Origin: Octopus sinensis
Taxonomy: Eukaryota
Length of the DNA stretch: 64,000 nucleotides
Direction of reading: 5' to 3'
Assembly (NCBI RefSeq): GCF_006345805.1
Contig: NC_042998.1
Coordinates: forward strand, 127,534,001 to 127,598,000
A model generated the notes under the pieces. It saw only the letters and a program-made list of their open reading frames with translations, did not search any database and was not told the origin of the DNA. Shown here in pieces: positions 35,850-48,380 of this stretch (position 1 is its first letter; every line of letters begins with the position of its first letter). The translations under genes were made by a program, and so were the position numbers.

Positions 35850-36676
35850 CTCATCGTCACAGATATTTATCAAAATTAGATAAAATTATCTTGAAATACT
35901 AAGGAGTAAATCTATTCAATAAAATCGCCATTGGCTTCAGCCATGGCCTCCAGATTATTTCGGAATTTCTGACGACTCTTCTGGCCGGTCTGCTTGTTTA
36001 AGATAGTGAATGCTGCCATAATACTTGCCTTCAGTTCATATTTTGTGCTACAAGGAGTTTTGTAGGTCTCTTGCTCACCTCCGCCCCATACATCACAATC
36101 AAGGGTGTTGTAGTCTGGGGAGTTAGGTGGCCGATGTTAGGGGTGATGTAGTTGCAGAAATTCTCTGACAGTCATGTTTGGGTTCTCCTACTTGTGTGGC
36201 ATGGTGCAGAGCCCTGTTGCCAAGCATATGGTCTTCCAGCAGCCATTCCCTAGACCAAAAGCAGCACTACCCCCCACAGGCACTTGATGTAGGCCTCCGT
36301 GTTGAGTCTGAAGCCGTGTTAGAGGATGATTCGAGGCATAAAGTCGCCATCACTAGTGATCACTCCAAACACCATGATATTGACTGGATGTTTGATTTTT
36401 ATCATTCTCAGTACATGTCCTCAGATTGCATTGTCCTCAAATTGACAGCCAAAGACTCTGAAATGTTTGTATTGGAGCTTCCAGCGCGAATGCCAAGCAG
36501 TACAGCATATCGTTTCCAATTTTCTGGCAGAGTGAATTGCGTCGTGGTACTGTTTTTCTCACAGACGGTGCCCAACTGACCCTACTATACTGCCTAGTCT
36601 ACAAAATCAAAAACAAATAATGTGCATGCCTGAAATCGAAAATGTAAAATAGCAACAATTTACCCATCGCACCCTG
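35850..36676 (-). mobile_element. Internally deleted maT/DD37D-type (Tc1/mariner) transposon
   Basis: Terminus CAGGGTGCGATGGGTAAATTG at 36676 beside (TA)n; N-terminus TLPENWKRYAVLLGIRAGSSNTNISE fused to KHPVNIMVFGVITSDGD...WQQ(G)SAPCHT...PPNSPDYNTLD...EANGDFIE* (stop 35912-35914); 37 residues between the second (mutated to G) and third catalytic positions. Confidence 0.88.
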
Positions 36677-36677
36677 C

Positions 36678-36830
<153 letters not shown>

Positions 36831-37261
36831 ACGACGAGCTATATATCTTGATTCAATTTGTTTGCATAACACTTACATTTAAACATTACTTTCCTGACAT
36901 ATCCTGATTATTGTGCATATCTGTAGACGTCTTGTAGACTACGAGTGCAACTTTTTCTCTATTTTCTCTGTTATGTGTATGTGTGTGCGTGTGTGCATCT
37001 GTGGTTGTGAATACATATTACAGAGATACACTCACACACACTTATACACACACATAGTATGTATATGTACATATATACAAACAAACATAGATGCATGTAT
37101 ACAAACGTATTCTGCAAAACCACCGGTTCTTACTTTGCATCAGGTGAATATATGTGTTACGTGCAGCAAAGATGGTAATCATTAATATTTTCTAGGAATC
37201 TCTAGCTTTCTCTTTCACACAAACACACACACACACACACTCATATATATGTGTGTAATAT

Positions 37262-37320
<59 letters not shown>

Positions 37321-37427
37321 GTATGTATTATGTATGTATGTATGTATGTATGTATGTATGTATGTATGTATGTGTATGTGTTTGTGTGTGTGTGTGTGTG
37401 TATGTGTTTGTGTAAACTAATACACGC

Positions 37428-37820
37428 ATCACGTATATCATGGCACTCCGTCGGTTACGACAACGAGGGTCCCGGCTGATCCGATCAACGGAACAGCCTG
37501 CTCCTGAAATTAACGAGCAAGTGGTTGAACACTCCGCAAACATGTGTACCCTTAACGTAGTTCTCGGGGAGATTCAGCGTGACACGGAATGTAACAAAGC
37601 TGGCTCCTTTGAAATACAGGTACATCAGCAACAGAAAGAGAGAGTGAGAGAAAGTTTTGGTGAAAGAGTACATCAGGGTACGCCCCCTCCCTCGCAGGAG
37701 CCTAGTGGAACTTTAGGTGCTTTCGCTCAATAAACTCTCACAACGCCCGGTCTGGTAATCGAAACCGCGATCCTACGACGGCGAGTCCGCTGCCCGAACC
37801 ACTGGGTCATTGCGCTTCCA
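37428..37820 (-). mobile_element. tRNA-derived SINE (relatively complete)
   Basis: Minus-strand head gcaatgacccagtggttcggg (A-box) and cggtttcgattacc (B-box-like); body cttaacgtagttctc.gggagattca shared with 62323-62590. Confidence 0.7.
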
Positions 37821-37920
37821 CGCATCACATATATATACATACATTCATCCGCACACTCATGCACACACACACATATACACATATACCTATTCATATATGT
37901 ATGCACATACATACACACAC

Positions 37921-37984
<64 letters not shown>

Positions 37985-38054
37985 TTATATATACGTACAT
38001 ATGTAGAAGGTTGAAAAAGAACATGAGTTGATATGTATAAGGAAAATAGCAGAA

Positions 38055-38394
38055 GGTAGAAAACGCTAAAAGGATTTTATCATGAAGAACATTTTAGTAC
38101 CGGTTTCAGCCTTTGCGACTTTTCAACTTAGAGTAAAGCATAAAATTGTGGAAAAATTAAATGAAATATTTGAAAAAAAAAGCATATTTCCAAAGTTTTC
38201 AAATGCAAGTGGCGAGGCAGAAGAAAGGAAAATGTCCCTTGCATTTGAAACCTCAGGAAATGTATTTTTAAAAATAAACCCTTTCATTCAGTTTTCCCAC
38301 AGTTTAATTGTTTTTCATGCTTTGAAAATTTCGCGAAGACTGAAACCGGTACTAAAATATTCTTCATGATAAAATTATTTTAGCATTTTCTACC
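38055..38394. mobile_element. Palindromic MITE
   Basis: Outer arms 38055-38118 and 38331-38394 (ggtagaaaacgctaaaa..catgaaga.cattttagtaccggtttcag / ctgaaaccggtactaaaatattcttcatg..ttttctacc); inner inverted pair 38183-38209 / 38238-38262. Confidence 0.85.
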
Positions 38395-38407
38395 GTGTTT
38401 TAGTTTC

Positions 38408-38625
38408 CTTATATATATGTGACCGCGTGTGTATCGTTGGCGATTTTTTCCCTCCGTCTCCCCTTCCGTGGATCTTTACTTTTTCTCTTTCTGATGAAGA
38501 GCTCCACTCCAAACGTTAAATCCTCCTTCTTTCTATTTCTTTCCTTTCCTGAACGTCCAATAACACTATACTTGTTCCACGTCCTCGCGTTATTGTGTTT
38601 TCATATTTAGATTAACTATATATAC

Positions 38626-38626
<1 letters not shown>
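38408..38626 (+). mobile_element. About 215-bp pLTR-like fragment in (TA)n carrying a decayed minimal hammerhead
   Basis: TTT-CTGATGA-A-GAGC-tcc-ACTC-CAAAC-GTT-AAA at 38488-38520; two substitutions away from GAGC/GCTC-GAAAC. Confidence 0.6.
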
Positions 38627-38670
<44 letters not shown>

Positions 38671-38710
38671 ATATATGTATGTATGTATGTATATATATAT
38701 ATATATATAG

Positions 38711-38755
<45 letters not shown>

Positions 38756-38770
38756 CATGTACATATATAT
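38626..38770. repeat. (TA)n/(GATA)n microsatellite
   Basis: Directly visible. Confidence 0.95.
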
Positions 38771-39086
38771 CTTAGATGGACATGAATATAGGCAATTTAA
38801 TCTTAGTTTACCTAAGTACAACTGATCAACAGGTACTTAATGCTCTACGTTTATGTGTATTTGAACGAAGAAACAGAAATAGATATACAGTTTTATGTAC
38901 AAATACTCACAAACCCAATATTTTTTGGGTCATTATATTCTATAAATTTTGGTCATTACATTCTACACTCACAGACATACGCACACATAGACATTAATAG
39001 AATGATACATACGTACATATATACATACGTACATACATACATATATGTATACACATATATATGTATAGTAAATAATTTCCCTGGAG

Positions 39087-39148
<62 letters not shown>

Positions 39149-39369
39149 GCGCACAAGCAAAGCATCTAAGTATGTTTATTATGCCCAATCTTGTCTTTTC
39201 TATCGTCCATGCTAACAAGCAGACGATGATCTAATATTAGAGAGTATTGATTCTATAAAAGATTTATTGGTTCCTTTTATCAGGTAAAAACCATCTGCAA
39301 CGGACATCAATTAATGGACATAATTGACGTTGTCTGTCAGTTGTGGCAGAACCTAGAGGAAAGTGTGTC

Positions 39370-39503
39370 GGATTAATAGTAACAATAACAATAACAACTG
39401 ACCGAGAAGAAGGTTGAAGAAGGGGAGAAGCAGGAAGAGATGTAGAAGGAGAAGAAAAGAAGAAGAAGAAGAAGAAGAAGAAAGAGAAGAAGAAGACGAA
39501 GAA

Positions 39504-39534
<31 letters not shown>

Positions 39535-39770
39535 AGAAAGAAAAAGTGGAAGAAAACGATGAGGGAGCAAGGAAGAAAAAGAAGAACGAGGAGGAGGAGG
39601 AGGCGAGAAAGAATTATAATAACATTAAGAAGAAGAAGAAGACGATGAAGGAGGGGGAATAGGAGTGTGAGAAGGAGTAAAGGAAAAAATGGAACAAGAA
39701 CGAATACAAATATTATTATTCACTTCCTTTTGTTTCTCCTCTCCTCCACCTCTTCATCATCATCATCATT

Positions 39771-39825
<55 letters not shown>

Positions 39826-39830
39826 GGAAG
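39370..39830. repeat. (GAA)n and (CAT)n low-complexity region
   Basis: Directly visible. Confidence 0.9.
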
Positions 39831-40399
39831 ATGATACGAAAGAAATAAAACATCTCTAACACCAAAACCAACAAGAACAAAATAGTAGAAACAATGACAA
39901 CAGCATCACCAACAAGCCATCTACATGATCGCTTGTCCTGTTAGAGATAGGAGTCATAGCGTTCTCAATTTGCCTGCCTTAAAGACATGCAGAACGCACA
40001 TAGATATCTCAGATATGAATGAATTTTCTACTTGTTTCAGTCACTGGAATTTGGGCATACTAGGACACCAACATGAAGGGTTTTTACTAAAACAAATCAA
40101 CTCAGTACTAATGCTTGTTTGATTTTTTAAAAAATTCTGACATTTATTCTATCAGCGTCTTTGCCCGAAACCGTTAAGTCATGGGGACAAAACAAACCAA
40201 CACCAGTAGTCAAGTGGTTGTAGAGAACAAACAAAAAACACCCTTACGTAGATACACACACACTCACACACACACGCTCGCGTACACACACACACAGTCA
40301 CACACACATACACACGAAAGCAGACGCACGCACACATACAAGCACACACACACGCACACACACGCATACCATACATGCATACACGCACACACAGACACA

Positions 40400-40460
40400 C
40401 ACTTCAGGCTTCTTTCAGTTTCCGTGTAGCGAATCCATTCACAAGGCCTGGGCCAGCCTG
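40400..40460 (-). mobile_element. SINE internal fragment
   Basis: ggcttctttcagtttccgt..gaatccattcacaaggc is the reverse complement of the 55260-55300 segment. Confidence 0.6.
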
Positions 40461-40539
40461 GAGCGGGCTGGAATGCCATGATCATCCCAACTCTATTTAG
40501 TGATGGGCTTAATTAATCAGAGATGACCTGGAGTTAAGC

Positions 40540-41349
40540 AACGACAATAATAACACTGACAATAACGAAGAATTAACACAACTACAACAACTACAAGAAG
40601 GATAATATATCATCCTCATGTACAGCATGATACAACAGCAACAACAGTTATATCAACAACAACTACAACCAGAAAAAAAATCGTGAACAACATCAACCAC
40701 AACAACAACTATAGCAGCAACAGCGACTACGTCAGCCTCATCATGGGCCCCATGAACAACAGCACAATTATAATAATAGCACAAAACACAGCTGCATGAA
40801 CAACAATAGCATTAATAAAAACAAAATGTAATAGAAGCACTACCACCACCATCACAACCATCACCACCATCACAACCATTATCATCATCAGCAACATAAG
40901 CAGCAACAATCACAACAACAACGAATCCAAACACAATATTAGGAATGAGCGCGTCGAGAATAATACGGGTAATAAAGAACGAAAATGGCAGCGATATCAT
41001 TACTGTTGCCGTCACCATCAATATCATCACCCATATTGCTATCATCATTATCATCTTCATTACCATAATCTTGGCCGTCACTGTCTTCGTCGACGAGACT
41101 GTCATCATCATCCTGATCATCATGATTCTCATCGCCATCACCACCACCACCACCACCACCACCACCACCATCATCATCATCTTCATCATCCGCCGGCGTT
41201 GTCGCTTATAGCATTGCTATTTATTCGCTATTATCATAACTACCGTCGCCACCAATACCACCGCCACAACCACCACCACCGTCACCGTCACCACCACCAC
41301 TGACACCACCACCGACACCACTAGCACCATTGCCGTCGTTACTATCGTT

Positions 41350-41381
<32 letters not shown>

Positions 41382-41500
41382 TAGCAGCAGCAACAATGCA
41401 ACTGTAATAGCAGCAGGCATTGGTTAATAAAAGAAATTCCAACAACAAACGAAATAAGAAAAGAAATATCAACACCAACTGCGACAACGACATCAAAAGA
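40540..41500. repeat. About 1-kb degenerate trinucleotide region (CAA/CAC/CAT/CAG)
   Basis: Directly visible; source of the M/V/I/T-rich ORFs on both strands. Confidence 0.9.
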
Positions 41501-42310
41501 GATTATCAACAGCCCAAAAAACGACTATAAACGTAACACCCGGAAGAAAGAAAAACAATACCAGTTGCAGTAGTAGAGTGTTCAAGAGTAGCAGTTAGAG
41601 TAAAAAGTAACAACAGTGACTAAACAGCTATATCAATAAAGTTAACCATGTAACAACCCCCCCCCCCAAAAAAAAAACAACAACATCGATAACGAAGTGA
41701 CGAAACTGTCTCCACACGGTTGCTGAACTGGCTAGAAATAGAAAGCAAATTGTCCTAAAATAACAGTCTGCCTTCTTTGAAAAAAATGAATGTTTCAATA
41801 ATGTAGTCCTTGATGCACTACTTACTATTATTGAGAAGAGGATCACAAGTGGGAAGCGTTTGACCATTTGTCTGTTTCAATAATAACTCATTTAGACCCA
41901 AGAAACAAAAATACGAATGAAATAGAAAAAGAATCGTCTATAGTTTCACACGTCATACAAGGAATAACAGCCGACTCTCCTTTCAATTTCACCCACTCTA
42001 GTCGTAAATACACAATACCAAAAGCAGAGAGAGGATGAATATGGCTAAGACTCCTTCGATTACATGTCTGCTCGTTAATGGTTCACCAAGGATGAAACAA
42101 TAACAAAAACGATGGCAATATTGGTATGAACAACATTGGCATCATTAAAATCATCAACATCGACCATAAATTTCTGAAGCCACACCTTTGCCTATTAAAA
42201 TAGCACAAATTAACAACAGATCCTCTATATAGTCAAACGGCATTTTAAAATAGCATCCAAATTCGTTTAAATCACACCATAGGTCTTAGAAAAGAACACG
42301 TTAGATAATG

Positions 42311-42312
<2 letters not shown>

Positions 42313-42348
<36 letters not shown>

Positions 42349-42605
42349 TCACTGCATGGAATCGAACTCGGAGTCATGGGGTTAGCAGCCCGCGCTCTTA
42401 ACCCCTACACCATGGCATATGGCGTAATGGTTAAGAGCGCGGGCTATAATAATAATAACGACAACATGGAAAATACCTTAGGAATGAGAACCCAGTCCCC
42501 AAGACACCTGATGAAGGCTGGAAGTTATATCAGCCAAAACGTTGTGTTAATAACAAACACAATGAGGACAAATATATGTGAAATGTAAATAATGTAAATA
42601 ATGTA
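42313..42605. mobile_element. Palindromic tRNA/(TAA)n/hammerhead element, copy 3
   Basis: (TTA)n, minus-strand tRNA-like head 42345-42416, truncated plus-strand head 42414-42446, (TAA)n, then tail with HHR motif 42503-42548. Confidence 0.82.
42503..42548 (+). ncRNA. Minimal type-I hammerhead motif with a G12-to-A core substitution (probably inactive)
   Basis: GACAC-CUGAUGA-A-GGCUG-gaaguuauau-CAGCC-AAAAC-GUU-GUGUU: stems I and II pair fully, stem III is the palindrome ACGU, and GAAA reads AAAA. Confidence 0.65.
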
Positions 42606-45484
42606 TATTCTTCTGTGTTGTCGCGAAAAATACATTTAAGAATAACTTATAATTTCAAAACTAATATCCAGAATTAATTTCACCAAAAAATTGAATGTTC
42701 ATGCTTTTGTGAAAACTCAAATCTTTATTAACAGGAAAGTAGTCCGATATAGATACATTTTGGCTATACTGGACTCCATCAGTGGAAAAATTATTTGCAA
42801 GAAGAAAATAAGTTATGAGAATGTTGCACCAATATAGTTTGCATAAATAGTGAGCTCAAAGAAAAGAGGTTATGCCTTGAATTGTACATGCATTTTCATT
42901 TCATTTTTGCGTAAATTATTCGGTGTTGACGTACTCAATGACGTAGGGAAGTAATTGCAAGTACGGTTATGTTTTTATTTTTCCTGGAACTGTACGGTAT
43001 ATTTCAATTAATGTAGACTATATTATGTAGATCATTTGAAGGTACTGTCTAGGTACTATCTTTTGAGCGTCAAGCATAATACCTTACAATATTTTTTTCC
43101 AAGTCTTTAAGCTTAGAGATGAAATCCTGTCAAAGTGACCATTTACATTCATGCTTACGGGGTCGATAAATAACGTGCATAAAATGTCAGTCGACAATTA
43201 GGTTCGATGGCATCTATTAAACCCTCCCCGCAACACACACACACAAATTTCTAATTCAGAAATCATAATATATATCATTTAGTATGTCATCGTCTTCCTG
43301 AATTTACAATAATATTGCAATCCTTATGTGATGGCTGAACGTTTTTGTAGTGTAGTCGAATGAAATAACCACCGCAAATATAAATATTTAAATGAATTAC
43401 TATTATTACAAAATTCCTTATATTTCCACACTTCACTGTATAAAGGCTTCCTCATCCCCACCTAAAACATAATGTTTATATATTTTTTTCTAATTGTTAT
43501 CATTTGTTATTAAGGACATATTGGACAATGTAGTCTATATTTCCTTTCCTAGAAATCTTGAGCATTCGAGTTCATCTACTAAAGATATTTCTTGTAGTGT
43601 CTTAATATAGATGGATTTAATCTCCTGTTGATTCAGTTTGCATGTTTTGTTAGAAGCATTGCGTTTCAAAAACGGATCTGATAACTCCAGAAGAAATATA
43701 ACATCACGCAATACGATTTCATTTTCACCCCTAATATAAAGCCTTATATCCAAATAAAGCATATTAATATTCCTTAATAACTTATATTTTAAACACTGAC
43801 TAAACAATAGAACAGTTTCAATTCGATTCTCATTGCCTTTCAATATTAACTTGCCTTTCAAATATAATTTTTTGTGAAGCAGAAGATATCAATATTTCTT
43901 ATAATCTATATCGGTCTATATATTCTTTAAAAGAATTTTTGTTTTTTAATGATACTGTTGTTATAATTTGATTCTGACCACCTACTGTCGGAGCTCGTTG
44001 CTCCAAAGCAACTCTGATACAGAATACCCATTTAGATAGTGTATCTAAACATGCCAACACCCAAAACGACTGAATGGATAAGGATGGAATGCTTGTAATG
44101 ATAGATCTATTCGATCGGAGTTGACCTGATGTCTCAATAAAGAACAACACAAACTGGCACTTATTCCATCGACACTGGAGACGTACAGTTTCTGCCAGCT
44201 TGCCGTCTTTTGTATTTCTATAATAGCTATTTGGTTTGGTGTTTCGTTACGTCTGGCAGAGTATCGTGTTAGAAACATTACACCGTTGTTGATGCTGTTG
44301 TTTGCTTCTCTATCCGAGTATTGTTTGCTTTCCTTCTATCAAGCAATCTGGCTTTCTATTGACTTTGAATTATACATCGATTTAATTTACAACTAATCAA
44401 GATAGTTTATTTTCTTCTTATTCTTCATTTCGGTTTAGTTTTACAAATTTTATTGTTTGACATGTCATCTATTGATGTTTAAAATGGAGCTGCATTTCAT
44501 TTCCAAAATATACCTTTCACAAATAATACTTTCATTAAAATGATACTTCCTTTATATTTATTTTCTGCTTTATATATTTTACCCTTTCTTTCTCAGAAAG
44601 TGGGGTTCATGTATTTTGTTGGCTCTGTATTTCTCAAGTTCTTATTTCTTTTTCTTTTAGGTATTTCATGAATATGGAGCAAGACAATGGCTTAGAGGTA
44701 TGTTGTCTTAACCAATTATATTCAAGGATCTATAATAAATTTCTTCTGTTTCAGAATTTCAACAGTGTTTCTCTGCATACAGTTACATAAATATTCGAGA
44801 TGTGTATACGTACACATATACATGTATGCATAAGTATCTTCACACACGCACACACACACGTACACACACACATATACACACACAGACGCGCGTATACACG
44901 CTCTCACGCACATATATGTATGCATATATGATGCAATCAATATGTATATTTCTATGCACAACCAAAGATACGCCTGTGCACGAGTATTTACTTGTGTTTA
45001 CTCACGTGTATTTGTGCTGATATATACGCATATATCATGCACACCAGTATGCTATGATTTACCATATGGAATACCTTGGAGAAATTCGCGAACGTTGCAT
45101 TCTTTCTTCTTTCATGCACATGAATGCATACAAGCAAAGCTCTAAAGAATGACAAAGTGTTTTAACAGCATGGAACAAATAAATAAACTCTCTTGTCGAT
45201 TTCAATGCAGGTGTGCCCAACCGCTCAGTCAATTAGTTAATGTTTGTGTTTATAGCTGAACATCAAATTGGATTTATTTTTACGAAGACAGCAGTCTCCA
45301 CAAATCACAAGAAGCCCGGAGCAAACTGAGTTCTCTCATATAATCTTGACAACTCAAAATGTTTTATTATAGACCAACATTATTTTTACCATAATCTGCG
45401 ATCCTGTACCGTTCGTTCGGAGTATGTTATGTATTATTTTCATTAGATAACTTCGATTATAAAATATGTATGCATACATATGTG

Positions 45485-45507
45485 TGTGGTGTTTGTAGAT
45501 AGATAGG

Positions 45508-45595
<88 letters not shown>

Positions 45596-45600
45596 CAGAC

Positions 45601-45671
<71 letters not shown>

Positions 45672-45740
45672 CAAACAGACAGACAGACACATACATACAT
45701 ACATACATACATACATACATACATACATACATACATACTT
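45485..45740. repeat. Long (GATA)n-(GACA)n-(TACA)n microsatellite
   Basis: Directly visible. Confidence 0.97.
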
Positions 45741-45764
45741 ACATATCATCACCATCGCTACCAT

Positions 45765-46260
45765 TCGGCATCATCATCATTATAACCGTTTCTTCGCGAT
45801 TAAAGATTCATGGAGGTAACTGTCAACGTCGAATGGAAAATTGTTTGTGGCTAATCAAGTTAATATGTGACCGTTGGTCCAGGCTGTAACTGGTATCCCT
45901 TTTGGAGCCTGGTCTTGCTGTGTCATGTTCGTCATTTTCTTTCTCTTTTGTCCTGAAAGGCAACTCTACGTGTATTCTGGAAGAAAGAGTCAGTCTTGTG
46001 GATGGTATACCAACATGCCACACGACTGAAGATTATAGAAGGAAGCTTTAATGCGACACATATTAAAGTTCGTCTTCAGGATACCCTTTTGCCAAACACC
46101 CCACTGGACACTGTGTGAAAGAGGTGCATACAGCTCAAACTCAGACTCCTGATCATCCTCTGTCATCGAAATGTATCCCCAAAACTTTGTTATGATACTA
46201 GTAGCATTGACTCGATCCTGAGGACAATATCCATTATAATGAGCACTCCAATGATGACAA
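45765..46260 (-). mobile_element. RTE (BovB-like) LINE 3' end, decayed
   Basis: (GAT)n tail; broken frames CWYTIHKTDSFFQNTRRVAFQDKRERK and RSHINLISHK resemble the RTE C-terminus (W..I..G...F...R...KR..RK and IGLxSH). Confidence 0.55.
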
Positions 46261-46334
46261 AAACTTGCTGCGTTGGATATTATGACAAATTTGAGTCAGT
46301 TATCTGACTCAAATTTGTCATAATATCCAACATG

Positions 46335-46382
<48 letters not shown>

Positions 46383-46390
46383 AACATGAA

Positions 46391-46424
<34 letters not shown>

Positions 46425-47118
46425 TGTATATGTATGTATAAATTATTTAAAAAATATTGGTGCACACATGCATAAATGTATGCATGTAAAGGTATTAATG
46501 TTAGGGATGTTAAAGTATAAAGGTATAAGATAAAAAGAGAAAACTTCATACATTTATTGCTGTAAGGGCTCAATACTTTTAGTAGAGACAGTTTCATTTT
46601 ATATATTGGATTTACTTTAAATCCAAGTATTGACTGATATTCAATATATTCGGTTGGTTTAATATATTTAATACTACGAAATTCGAACTATAAGTATGTG
46701 TGTGTATGTGTGTGTGTATGTAAGTATGTATGTATGTACGTATGTATTTGTGTAAGTCTCTGCATGTCTGAATGAATATTTCGTAAATATAATGTGAATA
46801 TTACTCTGTACACATTTTAGCAAGGTTTCCAATGAAAAGTGAATAACTCGATTTCTGAGCGAAATCGCCGAAATGTAAATAAATAATTCAAACAAAATGA
46901 TACATGAAAAATATCAAAAGGAATGGATGAATATGGGTTGGGATTGTTTTCATAGAAGGTTCCTCTCGACGGTCCAAGCAAGACAAGGAATTTGAAATTC
47001 AATACAAATTCAGTTTGGACATATATATATATGTACGTATGTATGTATTTATGTATAATATATGTGTGTTTGTGTATGCATATATATGTGAGTGTATACA
47101 CACACATACATATATATA

Positions 47119-47164
<46 letters not shown>

Positions 47165-47339
47165 GCATTTTTAAACATGGGCAAAAATATTATGCTCATA
47201 GATTATAGGTAAAGGCAAGGATAAACAGTTTATCAGGAATCAAAAAGATCAAAATTTAAAGAAACAGAAAATGGAGACAACACTGATGAACAGCAATTGA
47301 TTTTCCTCAATTATTAATAAATAATAATTGATGCAAATC

Positions 47340-47760
47340 AATTGTGGTTCATCAATACTATCTCCCTTTTCTGTATTGTTTTCCTCGGTTTGTTACTGGG
47401 GTCTGTGTTTATGTGTTCGTGTATATAGTTTTTTTAATCTGTTTAAATGTAGGTATCGAGAAATGGGTAAGAACAACTGTTAAGATGTTTTATGCTGGTT
47501 TATTTTACTTGTATTTGTCTCTGTTTCAAGGATGGGAAATCTGCTACGTATTCGATGACCATTTAATATACACACTGACCACCACCCTCTCTATTGCAAC
47601 CTCAAATTATTTTGATGCTTCTGCGTTGGACCATAAGTTAGATTTGAATTAGAGTTCTTTTTGTTTCTCTGTTCTTCTATGATTTTCTATGTTAATTGCA
47701 CATTCGATCACCCCTACTTTCTCTTCTATTAATTTCACGTTCAAGTTGAAAACATTACTA
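47340..47760 (-). mobile_element. Possible decayed LINE ORF1 remnant
   Basis: Minus frame WSVCILNGHRIRSRFP resembles a CCHC knuckle; multiple stops; weak support. Confidence 0.2.
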
Positions 47761-48109
47761 GCCGACATAAGTAAATTTGTCATTCATTGACCATCTAAAT
47801 TAAGTCAAGCCTGATGATGGGCGAATTACGTACTACCATATAATCTGTTATGGTTACATTGTATAAATTTCTACCAAAATAACTGTCGGTAATTTAGACA
47901 GCATTTCTGTGTCACTAATTTATATTTACGCCACACCAAAGATCCACTAATGTGTTGGAATGTGGGTGATTGGATTGGATTTTATATTTACATAACTACA
48001 ATATCATCTCAACATCTGATGTATACAATGTATTATTTAATAATGAAATTTATGTAATTATACCTAGCCATTTCATAGCTTCTTTTGTGTTGCCATGTCT
48101 CGATTCTTA

Positions 48110-48380
48110 ATTAATCCTGAAGTATACATATATACATATGTACATGTATATATATATATGTGTGTGTGTGTGGTGTGTGTGTGTGTGTGGTGTGTGTGTG
48201 TGTATGTGTGTGTGTGTGTGAGTGCGTGTGTGCGTGCGTGTGTGTGTGTAGCTGGGTGGGTGGGTGTACATTTATATATGTATAGTGTGAGAGAGATAGT
48301 GAGAAACAGAGAGTGATACATACATGTATACATAATGTATGTATGTTTGTGTGTATCTCTATGTGTATGCATGTGTGCAT
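48110..48380. repeat. (TA)n/(TG)n tract
   Basis: Directly visible. Confidence 0.9.

Noticed and set aside
46040-46085. Minus-strand CTGAAGA plus CTTTAAT/ATTAAAG hairpin
   Set aside because: Lies inside RTE coding remnant and lacks GAAA.
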